Source of the DNA: Takakia lepidozioides | Lineage: Eukaryota; Plantae; Bryophyta | Direction of reading: 5' to 3' | NCBI GenBank assembly: GCA_030704615.1 | Contig: CM060731.1 | Span: 4,154,001 to 4,218,000 of the forward strand | DNA length: 64,000 nt | In this document: one piece after another, positions 49,108 to 62,328 of the stretch | How the letters are laid out: every line of letters begins with the position of its first letter | Position numbering within the stretch: the stretch's first letter is position 1 | Position numbers and translations under genes: made by a program | The notes under the pieces: generated by a model | Database searches by the model: none | What the model saw: only the letters and a program-made list of their open reading frames with translations | What the model was told of the DNA's origin: nothing

Positions 49108-51435
49108 TAACATCTAAACACCTTATGTTGCTAAATCACCTAGGTTATATCTAGTGATAAAAAATTTAATGACTGCTGTAACCACAGGTTATTAGTTTCA
49201 TATCATTTGAAGCAACCAGAACCGAAAGTTTGAAAAATACACTGGTGTCCACCTTACAAACGGAAGGCAGCCATTCCATCCCGAAATGTCACCATATGTT
49301 CCCGCATGCTTCAGCAAGAGCCTTTCTTCTTAGTCAATCCATACATTTTCTTAGGCACTTCAAATAGAGCTACTGATGAATAATCATTGGGAGATCCAGC
49401 AGTTGTAAAAACAGAAAAGTAATGTCTCAGTAATTTATATGGTTTTATAGTCATTCCAAAAATCATCTAAGGTGCATAACAAAAGAAAAAAAAGAACAAC
49501 TATCGACCAGCATTGCTCTTGAGCAACTTTCAGCGCTCATATGTGCTACCCAAGTCCAAGCACACGAGTGACTCTAGTCAGATTGCCTTGCAACTAAAAC
49601 ATGTTGTAGCAAACAGAGGAATGCAGGACCCTTTAGACGAGCACATCTCTCGATAACATGCCAACTTCATAAATTCATAAATTCCTAACAGCAAACCACT
49701 CGGACCCGTTCCCTTAGAGGTCTGTGTGTTTATGATAATTTCCTTCAAAAAATTGATTATCAATCCTCACCATCGCAACTGCGCTATATCATCTAGGTAC
49801 CTCTGGCGACGCGAGCATATCGATTATTTACGTCTCAAACCTGGAAGAAGACGTAATCTGTCCACGTTCGTGGAAAAAGCATCAAGAGGACAGTGGGAGA
49901 TTCTTATTCAAACAAAACAAAAAGACAGATGACTACTCAGGATATGTCGTGTTGGAACGGTTGTGAGATCTCTTCAACGCCTTCTTGCAAAAATTAAAAG
50001 CGAGCTGGGATTATCCGGATCATCACAGCAGTCAAGCGTCCAGCGCCATTGCAACATAATTTCTATCCTCCTTCAAAATCCCCGACGACCCTCACCAGAC
50101 CCTACCTAGAAAACACAAACATCCGTCCCTAGTCCCTACACCGTGTCTCCTGCTTAGGAAAGATAGAGAATACCCTTCGCTGAGGCGACCACTTATAGGG
50201 TTTCAGGATGCAAAGGCTCTGCGTTATTAGGGTTAGAACCAAGCCCTAAACCCGAAACGGGGAGTTCCTCTAGGTGTTCTGGTTGTAGGGGAACGATTAT
50301 CGCCTTTGGAACGGTTCCCAGGTCTCTACCCATCCAAAGCACGTTTATGTGTACTAACCCTAATTTGTGATGACTCTATGTGCTTCTTCTAACTTAACTG
50401 GCCACAAACCTCACTTGTGTCACTGCAGTTTGTGACTCCTCAGACTATCCTGTGAGGCTCTTCAATACTTGAACAATCTTCATATTCTGTCTTTCATAAG
50501 GGGTTGAATTGTTATTCAAGTCTCCAATAAGGTCACTATCCCATGAACACAAGCAGGTAGGTTTGTAAGTTGCACTTCTCCAGGGCCATGCACAGAAGAG
50601 ACTAGCACCCTCAATCTCAACTTGGGCAAGAACTGCCAAGACCAACCCTCCGTCAGCTCCTCATTGGACTGGTTACTTCATTCTTTCACCTCTAACGGTT
50701 ATATGTACATATATAACACCAAACAATCTCAATCTCAATCTCAATGCTACACACTCCCACTCAATACTCCTCTCCTCGACTTCATCATCACATAACTACA
50801 GTTCATCCATTCATACTACAATCCCCTCACATCTCATCCATTCATATTATTTCAATCCTAATCGAGGCCACTACCTATTTTAGCCCCTACGAAATTGATC
50901 ATTACTTTGGCTTGTTGGGCAAGCAAGATCCTACGGGCAAGTGTAATGCTTCACCAAGGATCAGGGGAGGGTGTGCAAATCGAAGTCTTTGCCATTAGCT
51001 ACGCATGCATCCATATATGCTTCAATATCATTCTCATCCCACACAACCAGCCTGACAATAGCAATCACCCCATCCTCACAAACCCTATTGGATTCTTGAC
51101 AATGGCCACATTTGATCCGCAAATATTAATATATGATCTAACCTAGCTCTCCTACTAAAACACATGTCTTACGTAGAACCCTCCCAAGCTAAATTGGTAT
51201 GTGTCCACCACTACAATGACCCACAAATATCCGCTAATTTCCTCGTAAACCTAAGCAACATACTAAAATGCCTATTCGGCCTAGTAACTGCAACGGTGCA
51301 CACACCCACAATCCCCCCTCCCTTAATATCATCAACCCAAATAAGCGATGTGACACATCCGCAACCGCTTTGGGAAAACATCAACCCCATCACATTCCCT
51401 CCCACCATCCGAATACTACAACCTTGAACCCTTAA

Positions 51436-52456
51436 CCCCTAAAGGACTAACCCCAATTTTTGGGTCCATCCCCCAAAAATTGACCCTTCCCCACTAAATA
51501 ATTTATATCTTGAGATTTCCTCAGGCTCTGTAAAACTGGCCGTTGTAATATGTTCCTACCTACCCCAGCTATGACCACAAAAAGTCTGGTCCAAATTGAA
51601 CTGCCGGATTGCAAGATAGTAATGTTGAAAGTTGGGCCAAAAACAAATTTCCTATTTACAATGGGGTAAAAAACACAGCTTTTCTTATCGAATTTCCCAG
51701 AAGTGAATTTTTTGACATGACAGAACCCATAATCTTGTACCCTGCCAGGTAAGACACCTGCCCTGAAAATTTCATCTTTTTCTGACATGTTCTCATGTGG
51801 GCTGCTTTGTATGGCCAATTGGGGGGGTCAAATTTCCCAATTTCAAAGGGGTAAGCACAAAACCATATTAGAAAATTCGGTGAAAAGATGTGAACCGTTG
51901 AATTATCAATCGCTCCGGTTGTACTGTAGTGGGCAGGTTTGTGTAAGCACAAAAAATCTTTCGCGCCAATCGGAGCTTCCCTTCATATGATTTTTTCCCC
52001 TGCCCATAACTTCTCCATGTGCACCTATCTTTGCCTATACTTTTTGGCCGGTAGCCCTAAGGTATGTGGGTTTTGGGGGGGTGCCTTTGCCTTTGCCTGC
52101 CAATGGGGGGGGGGCTTTAGGATGGAGGGGGCGCAATAAAGGGTGTTGGGAGATGCGCCACCCTGCACAAGTGGGGGTGCCTGGAATTTCTCCCTAACCT
52201 GACCCTAGTTGACACGTAGGATGGAGGGCAGGTTAGCTGCCCAAAATGGGGCTGAAAACCACGAGTGTGGCAAACTCTAGGTGTTCCACGTGGCTGGGGC
52301 CATGCCCAATGATGAATTGGGAAATGCCACCTCATAGCTGACGCGATTACCTATCCAATGAGCCTAAACATGCCCAAATCAGGCTTAACCCCAGTGATAA
52401 CCAGACACTTTTCTAAACCGAAGCGACCGAGTTTGGGTCACTTCGTCTTTTAGGGG
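51436..52456. mobile_element. piggyBac-like non-autonomous element (second copy type)
   Basis: TTAA|CCCCTAAAGGAC ... GTCTTTTAGGGG|TTAA. The internal motif GCTTTGTATGG..GGGGGGTCAAA is shared with the 18930-19778 element. Confidence 0.65.
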
Positions 52457-52475
52457 TTAAAATTTAATCATCCAC

Positions 52476-52645
52476 GACGACCAGCATGTAGCCCAGTGGT
52501 AATGGGCACATACCACGTTGGATGTGGTTGTGGGTTCAAACCACGGTCTGGTGTGTCATGAAGGTGTCCACCTTCCTAGCGGAAGGCAGTAGCCCTCGGG
52601 GTGAAGTGACTCCATAAGTTACGCTTCCTTCGGGAGGCGTCATAC
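52476..52645 (+). mobile_element. tRNA-derived SINE
   Basis: A-box TAGCCCAGTGG and B-box GGTTCAAACC. 13-bp TSD TTTAATCATCCAC (52463-52475, 52646-52658). Confidence 0.85.
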
Positions 52646-52710
52646 TTTAATCATCCACCGCAATGCATTTACATAGACGGCTCCCTGAAAGACGGACATG
52701 GGGGATATAT

Positions 52711-52889
52711 AAAAAATATATATATATGATGCCTTCCGAAGGAAGCGTAACTTATGGTGTCTCTTCACCCCGAAGGGCTACTGCCTTCCAGCTGAAAGGT
52801 GAATACCTTCGTGACACACCAGACCGTGGTTTGAACCCACAACCACATCCAACGTGATATGTGTCCATTACCATTGGGCTACATGTTGT
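52711..52889 (-). mobile_element. Second copy of the same SINE, inverted, with a (TA)n tail
   Basis: Reverse-complement match to 52486-52644. Approximate TSD ATGGGG(G)ATAT. Confidence 0.8.
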
Positions 52890-53567
52890 ATGGGGATATG
52901 GAACATACAACACCACTAGTAATACACGAACTAGGACTTCGCGTTGCTCCGCACTACTAGCGACGAGATCTGAGAACTATGTTCAATTTTTCACAAAAAA
53001 GGGGTGGGTCATCCCCACGGTGTTACATTCAGAGATCCCGTGTTTTGTTTTTTTCTGGAAGAAAAATGGCGGATCTGCATTTCAACATTCAATTTTCACA
53101 AGCCACATCAATCAATAACAACATACCCAAATACCCTTACATTCACTGTATGAACTTTCAAGCATCCACCATGGGATTGGATCTTGGTGGGTTAAGGCTA
53201 GCTTTTGACAATATTCATGCAAGTTCATCAAGGGCTCCATCCAAAGCCACACCACGAGAAACAAACAAACATGTCCAAATTTAAGATGCTGAACAAACTT
53301 GTGCACAAGGCTGCCCCTCTCATCAAGCTCATTAAAATTCGTATTCACTTCCATCTTCAAGCTTTGGAGAAGCTCCACCACCCAAACCCAAAATTAGGAC
53401 AGCACCAGAATCAGTAAAACATCACCCCTTCAGTCAAGTGCAATTGTGGGCTGATTTCCCACCTATGCCGGGTAGACCCCACTATCAGGAAATGGTGGAT
53501 GGTCTGAGTAGCTACACAGATCAATGAATGAAGCAAGACACTAGCATCTTTCCAAGAAAACATCCTT

Positions 53568-54863
53568 TCACCAGTAATCACCACAAGAACAAATCCCATC
53601 TTCAAAGTGGTGGAAAGTAGTTAGCGTCCCATACAACAATTGCTCGGCCAACAATCTTTGAGATGAATTTGGTGGAGGTGTGGTAGTCTCCACACACTCG
53701 AAGATTCTTGATGAGTCGTGTTGATCAGCCCAAAACCGATGGCCAACTTCTCACTGTGGTGGCAAACAGAAAATTCATTTCCTCCACATCATGCAGTAAA
53801 AAACGTGTGTCAGGCATATACCCCGCCTCCATCTTCTCCCCAGACAATCTTCTCAGCTCAGACAATCTTCTCACCTTTGCAGTATCATCCCACCTGCCAG
53901 CTGCAGCATAGATATTTGATATAGCACCACATAAGTCGCGACATCCTGTTCATCCCACTTGATGATATATGTTGCCACACATTCAGCCATCTCCACATTG
54001 CCATGGATTATGCAGGCACCAAGCACAGCCTTCCACACCACAACATCTGGATTGATTGGCATTTTATTAATTAGATCCACTGCCTCATCCAGTTGTCCCG
54101 CACGTCCAGAAGGTCCACCATGCAGCCAAAGTGTTTTACTGTCAGATTGAATTGATACCATGATCTTGAATCAGGAATCGAAGTAGCGTCTACCTTCATT
54201 CAGAAGGCCAGTGTGGCGCATGCTTTTCCAGGGCTGCCAGGCTTGCACACGAACTACAAATGCACAGAAACTTGATGTGGTCGGGCTTCACCCCTTCCCC
54301 CATCATTTGATCACAGGTCTCCAAAGCCTCCCTACCACGTCCCTGCTGTGGATATGACACCACATCTCGTTCAGCCATAGTGTTGAAAACTCCCTTCGCA
54401 TCCTTAATGCACCCACGCTTGGTCAATCCTGCCAACATTATATTCCACGTGATCAAAGATTGTTGAACACTTGGTGAGCATCCATGATTCTCCTGCACTT
54501 AACATACATGTTGACAAGGGTGTTGAGTAGAAAAACATTTGGCGTGAATCCACTTTGGATAATGTGAGTGTGCACCTGTTTTCCAGCTTCAAGGCCTTTC
54601 ATCTTGATGCACTTATGCAAGAGACAGACATACGTATCTGAATCTGCTTCAAAATGCTCTGAATCTGCTGAAATGCCTCCTTGGTTTAAAGTCTGTAGAG
54701 CCTCTTTCAGTCTGCCTGCCTCACAAAGCACCTTCACATGCCCAGAGGTGCCAGAAGAGGCATTGTGGACTCCCTCTCTTGATCCTCTTCCAGAGGCTCT
54801 GGTCATGGTTGAGGCGCCTGATTTTATCAACTGTGCCCCTCTTGGATGAATCTGGACCCACAC
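53568..54863 (-). pseudogene. Fragmentary PLS-class PPR-E-DYW (RNA-editing factor) pseudogene
   Basis: [92 protein letters not shown]. Many internal deletions. Confidence 0.88.
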
Positions 54864-55693
54864 TCTATCCCTTCTCCTTCAGCTATCCATGCATCTGCAC
54901 AAAGCATGCATTCATCTTTTCCCTTGCTGCTAGCAGCTGACAAATGATAACCTAGGAAACACCCAATCACACTAGTTCCTATGCTGAATTGCGTCTGCTA
55001 CTCTCTGTCATCTAACATGGATTCAATTTTTTGCCTCGGTTGTCCCACCATTGACTGGGGTCAACAAAGTATTCATTCCACACCTTCTCTCTGTTAATTG
55101 TTTTTGGATACTTTCCTATTATCACATTGGCAGTATCATGTCAAAGTCACTCCAAACTAGATTCACTCAACCAGCTAACTTGCAGAATTCAACATGGAAA
55201 TTTAGGGCCGACTCTGACAAGAGAGAAAAACAGGATGCAATGTGTTGAAGAAGGTGCCTTCATTAACAATGCCTTGTTCTATCATTTGTGCCGCTGCCGC
55301 TGCTGTTTCCAGTTGACCATCTACCCAACAATATTTGACAGCCACAAAAGCTAATTCATCAATTGTATAGTGGGAAAATAGACTCGTGATCTTGCAAGAC
55401 CTTGTCCATGTACAAATATCATAGAGTGTCTACTGCAGCCCCCTGTTCTGAGAGACATTCTCTCCTGCGTGAAATCAGGGACTATCACACAGCGGGATGG
55501 ATCAACAAATAGGACAATTGCTTATGCCTCACAAACAACATGCATTGAAATTCCAGTGTCAACCTGATATAGATGGACCTACAGAGACAATTTGCTGCTC
55601 GCTTCATTTGTTGCTGCAAAAAGCAGTCAAGATGACAAGAGATTTTGGGAACCAGAAAACAATCTCAACAAGTCAATTGTGGTCATAACATAC

Positions 55694-55792
55694 ATTTTTC
55701 TAGTCTCTGCCATATTTCCGAAATGCTTGATAGAAGAGCTCCAGGTCCTCTTTGTTCCAGGGAGGTCCAAGCATGTCCGACAATTTGCGCTT
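55694..55792 (-). pseudogene. Captured ALWAYS EARLY (ALY/LIN-9) N-terminal SANT/Myb exon
   Basis: [31 protein letters not shown], flanked by AG acceptor and GT donor. The stop falls at the conserved Trp. Confidence 0.75.
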
Positions 55793-57036
55793 CTGATCAC
55801 CAGCCCGCCCACTCACCTCAGTCCCATAACTAGCATTCAAGCAGCATCCAAAATTGCTACAAATGACTGCAAATTTCACATCTGAGACAAAGTCCAACCC
55901 CTGTAACCCTTTGTCTCTGGAATCAAATCTGTTCACAGATGTATACCAAAAGGTCATCTTTTCTTCTTGGAGGAATGGTTCTGGAATCAAACCATGCAAG
56001 CTTCAGAATATGACAAGGTAAATTAGACAACCTGTCTAAACAATTTTTTTACTGAATAAAGGCCCTTCACTTTAACCACTTCCCTCACTACAGAATGAGG
56101 GACTAAAGGGTCCTTCAGATCCCGATCAACTAGTAAATCTCAGGGACACTAATACACAGATGGATTCCTATAACACATATGGTTATATCCAATTGCATCA
56201 TTATCACCACGTTTGATAAAACAATGGTCACAAAAATAATGGCCAAGAAGGCTGAAACATGGAAACAGAGCAACCTTCAGCTTTGAATGTCAGTCTCACA
56301 GTTGCATTTATTGTTTCCAGTGAACACGGTTATAGAGAGGTTATGGCAAACAGACAACAATTACAATCTAGTCAATGTAAGATTAGGTTTGAAACTTGGG
56401 TTTAGCTTCAAGCAGATGTGGGACTTTTGCAACCAGACACAACCTGACATACCCTTCGTGCTCATGGAAAATCAATCATGGAGACTCACTGTGCGGGTCT
56501 GAAACAAGGAAGTAAGGTGTAATCTACGCTGCACTTTTCTTCTTTCCCACCCAATCACGAGTGAAAGCTTCCGATTCCGTCTGCAAGAAACTCCTCCCCA
56601 TTTGTTGTCTTTTCGAATCATAGGTAATCTGGAGCTTGAAATCCGGCCCTTTTGGATGAATCTGGACCCACACTCGATCCCTGCTCCTTCAGCTATCCAT
56701 GCATGTGCTTGCAAGGTGAACGATGGCGGAAAACGCAGAGCTCCTGCAGTTCAAGAAGATCAAGATCCGGGCATTGTGGGCAGTTCCAAAAACGTTGGCG
56801 CGGCGATTTCTATTAGCCTATTTCGCGCGGGCCGTTCGGGCAGATTCCAAAGAAATTGACGACGACAATGACCTGGCTACGATGACATGGCGATGATGAC
56901 GTGTCTACGATGATGTGGCGGTGATGACGTGTCTACGATGACGTGGTGACAAAACGTGGCAACGATGACGTGGCACTATGGCACCCTATTCCTGCTCTAC
57001 ACTAAACTAGCTTCCGACCTTCGGTCGTCGCTAGAA

Positions 57037-60000
57037 CTAGGGCTTCGCGTTGCTCCGCACTACTAGCGACGAATTCTGATAACTACGTTCAATTTTTCAC
57101 AAAAAAAAGGTGGGTCATCCCCACGGTGTTACATGCAGAGATCCCGTGTTTTGTTTTTTTCTGGAAGAAAAATGGCGGATCTGCATTTTAATGTTCAATT
57201 TTCACAAGCCGCATCAACCAATAACAACATACCCAAATACCCTTACATTCACTGTATGAACTTTCAAGCATCCACCATGGGATTGGATCTTGGTGGGTTA
57301 AGGCTAGCTTTTGACAATATTCATGCAAGTTCGTCAAGGGCTCCATCCAAAGCCACACCACGAGAAACAAACAAACATGTCTAAATTTAAGATGCTGAAC
57401 AAACTTGTGCATAGGGCTGCCCCTCTCATCAAGCTCTTTAAAATTCGTATTCACTTCCATCTTCAAGCTTTGGAGAAGCTCCACCACCCAAACCCAAAAT
57501 TAGGACAGCACTCTGATTTCCATCCACTGTTGCCAGAATCAGTCAGAAATCACCCCTTCAGTCAAGTGCAATTGTGGGCTGACATCCCACCTATGCCGGG
57601 TAGACCCCACTACCAGGAAATGGTGGATGGTCTGAGTAGCTACACAGATCAATGAAAGCGAGACACTTGCATCTTTGCATCAACAGTACATGATGGTCAT
57701 CTCTCAAGAAGGGTGGATGGTCTGAGTAGCTACACGGATCAATGAAGAAGCAAGACACTAGCATCTTTCCAAGAAAACATCCTTTACACACCATATCACC
57801 AAAGAACCATCCCATCGTCAAAGTGGTGGAAAGTAGTTAGCGTCCCATACACAATCGTTCGGCCAACCATCTTTGATTTGGTGGAGGTGTGACAGGCGCC
57901 CACACAGTCGAAGATTCTTACGAGTCGTGCTGATACAGCCACACCAATGGCCTTGGTGGCAAAGAGAAAATTCCTTTCCTCCAATCATCAAAACGTGTGC
58001 CAAGGCACATACCCCGCCTCCTTCCTCGGCCCACAATCTTCTCACATCTTCATCTTCTCAGCTCGCATGGATTTCATTAATTCAGGATCAAGCCTGTCAT
58101 CTGCTCATTTCTAACTGCTCTGACCTTCATCATTCTTCTCACCTTTGTAGTATCATCCCACCTGCTAGCCGCAGCATAGATGTTTGAATAGCAACACATA
58201 AGTCGCGGCACGCCTGCTCATCCCACTGAGGATAAGATGTTGACCATACATTCAACCATCTCGACATTGCCATGGATTCTGCAGGCCCCAAGCAAGGCCT
58301 TCCACACCACAACAATTTGATTGGCATTTTCTTAATAATCAGGTCCACTGCCTCATGTACTTTGTCCCGCTCATCCAGAAGGTCCACCATGAACCAAAGG
58401 CTTACTGCGGGGTGACACCATGATCTTGACTCAGGGAAATCGAAGTAGCGTCTTCCTTCATTCCAGTAGGGCCAGTGTGGCTGCATAGCAAGAGAACACG
58501 CATATTTAAAGTGATACTGTCCGGCTTCAAGCCGTTCTTTTGCATTCCTTCAAATAGTTGCAGGACCTCCCTATGACAACCATGCTGGGCATATCCACGA
58601 CACCACATATCATTCAGTCACATTGTCAAATACTCCCTTTGCATCCTCAATGCACCCACATTTCGTATACCTGTTCACCAGGGCAGTGTCCAGAATGACA
58701 TTTGGTACAATTCCAGCTTTGATGATGTCACCATGCAACGCCTTTGACCCTTTTTGCCCTTTTCCAGGGCTGCCAGGCTTGCACAACATTGCAAATGCAC
58801 AGAAACGTGATGTGGTTGCACTTACATTACTACCCGTTTCCCATCATTTGCTCATAGTTCTCCAGGCCTCCCCTTCCCCAGGCCTCCATCCCACGCCCCG
58901 CTGTGCATATCCTGCAAACATGACGTTCCATGACGCCAAATCTCGGTTAGCCATATTGTTGAACACTCCCTTCGCATCCTCAATGCTCCCACATTTGGCG
59001 TACAATTCCAGCTTTGGCGATGCAACCATGCACCTCTTTGCCAGCTTGCAAACGCACAAACACGTGATGTGGTCGGGCTTCACCCCTTCCACATCATTTG
59101 CTGATAGCCACGCCCAAACAAAGAAAACTGATGATGTGGACTCTAGTGAAGAAATGGTGAGCAACCAAGTAAAAGCCAACACATAAGTTGACAAACCTGC
59201 AGCTTGTTTGACTTCTGGAACCGTCGGCCACACCTGTACTGCCATGTCACCATGGACCTCTTCGCCCTTTTTCCAGAGCTGCCAGGCTTTCACACGCATT
59301 GCAAATGCACAAAAACGTGATGTGGTTGGGCTTCACCCCTTCTCACATCATTTTCTCATAGGTCTCCAAAGCCTCCATCCTGCACCCTTGCTGTGCATAC
59401 CTGCAATCATTGCACTCCACGACACCACATCTCGTTCAGCCATACTGTCGAACACTCCCTTTGCATCCTCGATGCACCCACATTTGACATACATGTCCAC
59501 CAGGGCAGTGTTGAGCAGAATGACATCGGGTACAATTCCAGCTCTAACGATGTCACCATGGACCTCTTTGCCCTTTTCCAGGGCTGCCAGGCTTGCACGC
59601 GCATTGCAAATGCAAACAAACGTTATGTGGTTGGGCTTCACCCCTTCGCACATCATTTGCTCATAGGTCTCCAAAGCCTCCATCCCGCGCCCTTGGTGTG
59701 CATATCCTGCAATCATCACACTCCACGACACCATCATTCAGCCATACTGTCGAACACTCCCTTCATTCATGTCCACGAGGGTATTGTTCAGAATGACATT
59801 TGGTACAATTGCAGCTCTGACAATGTCGCCATGGACCTCTTTGCCCTTTTCCAGAGCTGCCAGGCTTGCACACGCATTGCAAATGCACAGAAACGTGATG
59901 TGTCGGGCTTCACCCCTTCCCCCATCATTTGATCACAGGTCTCCAAGCCTCCCTACCACGTCCCTCCTGCTGTGGATATCCTGCAAGCATCGTGTTCCAT

Positions 60001-62328
60001 GACACCACATCTCGTTCAGCCATAGTGTTGAAAACTCCCTTCGCATCCTTAATGCACCCACGTTTGGCATACATGTCCACCAGGGTAGTGTTCACAATGA
60101 CATTTGGTACAATTCCAGCTTTGACGATGTCATCATGGACCTCTTTCCCCTTTTCCAGGGGCTCCAAGCTTGCACACGCATTGCAAACACAAATGAACGT
60201 GATGTGGTTGGGCTTCACCTCTTCGCGCATCATTTGCTCACCACATCAAGGTGCCCTCACCACATTGTCCTTGACAATTCAGTATGCATCTTAGGGCTGA
60301 GTCTGATGAGAGGGAAAAACAGGCTGAAATAAGTCGAAGAAGAAGGTGCCCTCACCACATTGGCCTTGACCTTGTGGCCCATGGAGGATTTACCACCACC
60401 CACGCTTGTAAATCCTGCCAACATATATTCCACGTGATCAAAGATTGTTGAACACATGGTGAGCATCCATGATGCTCCCGCACTTAATATACATGTTGAC
60501 AAGGGTGTTGAGTAGAAAAACATTTGGTGTGAATCCACTTTGGATAATGTGAGTGTGCACTTGCTTTCCAGCTTCAAGGCCTTTCATCTTGATGCACTCT
60601 TGCAAGAGACTGACATACGTATCTGAATCGGCTTCAAAATGCTCTGAATCTGCTGAAATGCCTCCTTGGTTTAAAGTCTGTAGAGCCTCTTTCAGTCTGC
60701 TTGCCTCACAAAGCACCTTCACATGCCCAGAAGTGCCAGAAGAGGCATTGTGGACTCCCTCTCTTGATCCTCTTCCAGAGGCTGTGGTCATGGTTGAGAT
60801 GCCTGATTTTATCAACTGTGCCGCTGCGCTGCTGCCTTTAGTTGACCATCTACGCATGCAGGTTTCTTGTAGTTATTGATCCACAGGGAATCATACGTAA
60901 TCTTAGTGCTTGAAATCTGGCCCTCTTGGATGAATCTGGACCCACACTCTATTCCTTCTCCTCTGCACAAATCATGCATTCATCTTTTCCCTTGCTGCTA
61001 GCAGCTGACAATGACAACCTAGGAAACACCCAATCACACTAGTTCCTATGCTGAATTGCGTCTGCTACTCTCTGTCATCTAACATGGATTCAACTTTTTG
61101 CCTCGGTTGTCCCACCATTGACTGGGGTCAACAAAGTATTCATTCCACACCTTCTCTCTATTACCTGTTTTTGGATACTTTCCTGTTATCACATTGGCAG
61201 TATCATGTCAAAGTCACTCCAAACCAGATTCACTCAACCAGCTAACTTGCAGAATTCAACATGAAAATTTAGGGCCGACTCTGACAATAGGGAAAAACAG
61301 GGTGAAATGTTTTGAAGAAGGTGCCTTCATTAGCAGTGCCTTGTTCTATCATTTGTGCCGCTGCCGCTGCTGTTTCCAGTTGACCATCTACCCAACGACC
61401 TAACTTACAGAATTCAATATGCATCCCAGGGCCGAGTCTGATGAGAGGGCAAAACAGGCTGAAATAGGTCGAAGAAGAAGGTGCCCTCACCACATTGTCC
61501 TTGACTTCGTGGCATGACCCATGCTTGGTAAATCTTGCCAACATTATATTCCACTTGATCAAGATCGTTGAGGCATTCTATTGAATGCTTAACATATATG
61601 TTGACAAGGGTGTTGAGTAGAAAAACATTTGGCGTGAATCCACTTTGGATAATGTGCGTGTGCACCTGTTTTCCAGCTTTTAGACCTTTCATCTTGATGC
61701 ACTTAAGCAAGAGACAGACATATGTATCTGAATTTGCTGAAATGCCTTCTTGGTTTAAAGTATGTAGAGTTTCTGTTAGTCTGCCTGCCTCACTAAGCAT
61801 CTTCACATGCACAGAAGTGCCAGAAGAGGCATTGTGGACTCCTTCTCTTGATCCTCTTTCAGAAGCTGCGGTCATGGTTGAGGTGAGCAATCTAGAGCTT
61901 CTCGTCTCTGTTATATGTTTTTCGATTCTTTCCTGTTGCTACATTGGCAGTAACATGTCAAAATCACTCCAAAACCACCATAGATCCCCCAACGAGCTAA
62001 CTTGCAAAGTTCAACATCAAAATTTAGGACGACGCTGATAATAGGCATCTCAGGGCCGAGTCTGATGAGAGGCAAAACAGGCTAAAATCGGTCGAAGAAG
62101 AAGGTGCCCTCACCACATTGCGTGAAACCCCTCCGCGCTCGAGCACACGGGGGCATCCCTTCCCCGAGCTGCTTTTTGGGCATCTCGGGCAGGTTCCAAG
62201 GAAATTGACGACGATGACGATGTGTCTACGATGACGTGTCTACGATGATGTGGCGATGATGACGAGGCACTATGGCACCCTATTCCTGCTCTACGCTAAA
62301 TTAGCTTCCGACCTTCGGTTGTCGCTAG
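57037..62328 (-). mobile_element. Helitron2/Helentron-like element, tandem unit 2
   Basis: Same two termini as unit 1 (57037-57072 and 62302-62328). Junction CTAG-AA-CTAG at 57031-57040. Internal blocks are paralogous to unit 1. Confidence 0.7.
57786..61890 (-). pseudogene. Second fragmentary PLS-PPR-DYW pseudogene, with more P-L-S repeats and a duplicated N-terminus
   Basis: Repeated GVKPNHITFVCICNA.ASLAALEKGKEVH / TALVDMYVKCG.IEDAKGVF / RDVVSW triplets. DYW relic KNLRLCG near 57800-57960. N-terminal block present at 60438-60857 and 61414-61890. Confidence 0.88.

Larger units (their letters stand above)
34612..49165 (+). mobile_element. Replitron (HUH-endonuclease transposon), interrupted by the gypsy element and a foldback
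   Basis: Identical 25-bp direct repeats TAGGTTATATCTAGTGATAAAAAAT at 34612-34636 and 49141-49165 bracket a Y1-HUH ORF. About 1.6 kb remains after removing the nested insertions. Confidence 0.75.
52931..57034 (-). mobile_element. Helitron2/Helentron-like non-autonomous element, tandem unit 1, with gene-fragment cargo
   Basis: On the minus strand, the 5' end is TT-CTAGCGACGA plus hairpin CGACC-GAA-GGTCG. The 3' end is TCGTCGCTAG (asymmetric TIR), hairpin GCG-GAGCAA-CGC, then CTAG-TT. No TSD. Confidence 0.7.

Noticed and set aside
49200-50370. Possible small minus-strand gene with telo-box-like (TAGGGTT/ACCCTAA) promoter motifs
   Set aside because: No coherent coding frame or recognisable protein could be assembled.
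52486-52545. tRNA gene
   Set aside because: It has A and B boxes but no proper cloverleaf, and continues into a ~100-bp body with a TSD, so it is a SINE.
53100-53560. Additional captured gene fragment in the Helitron-like units (paralogous copy at 57190-57760)
   Set aside because: It looks coding-like, but I cannot assign it to any family.
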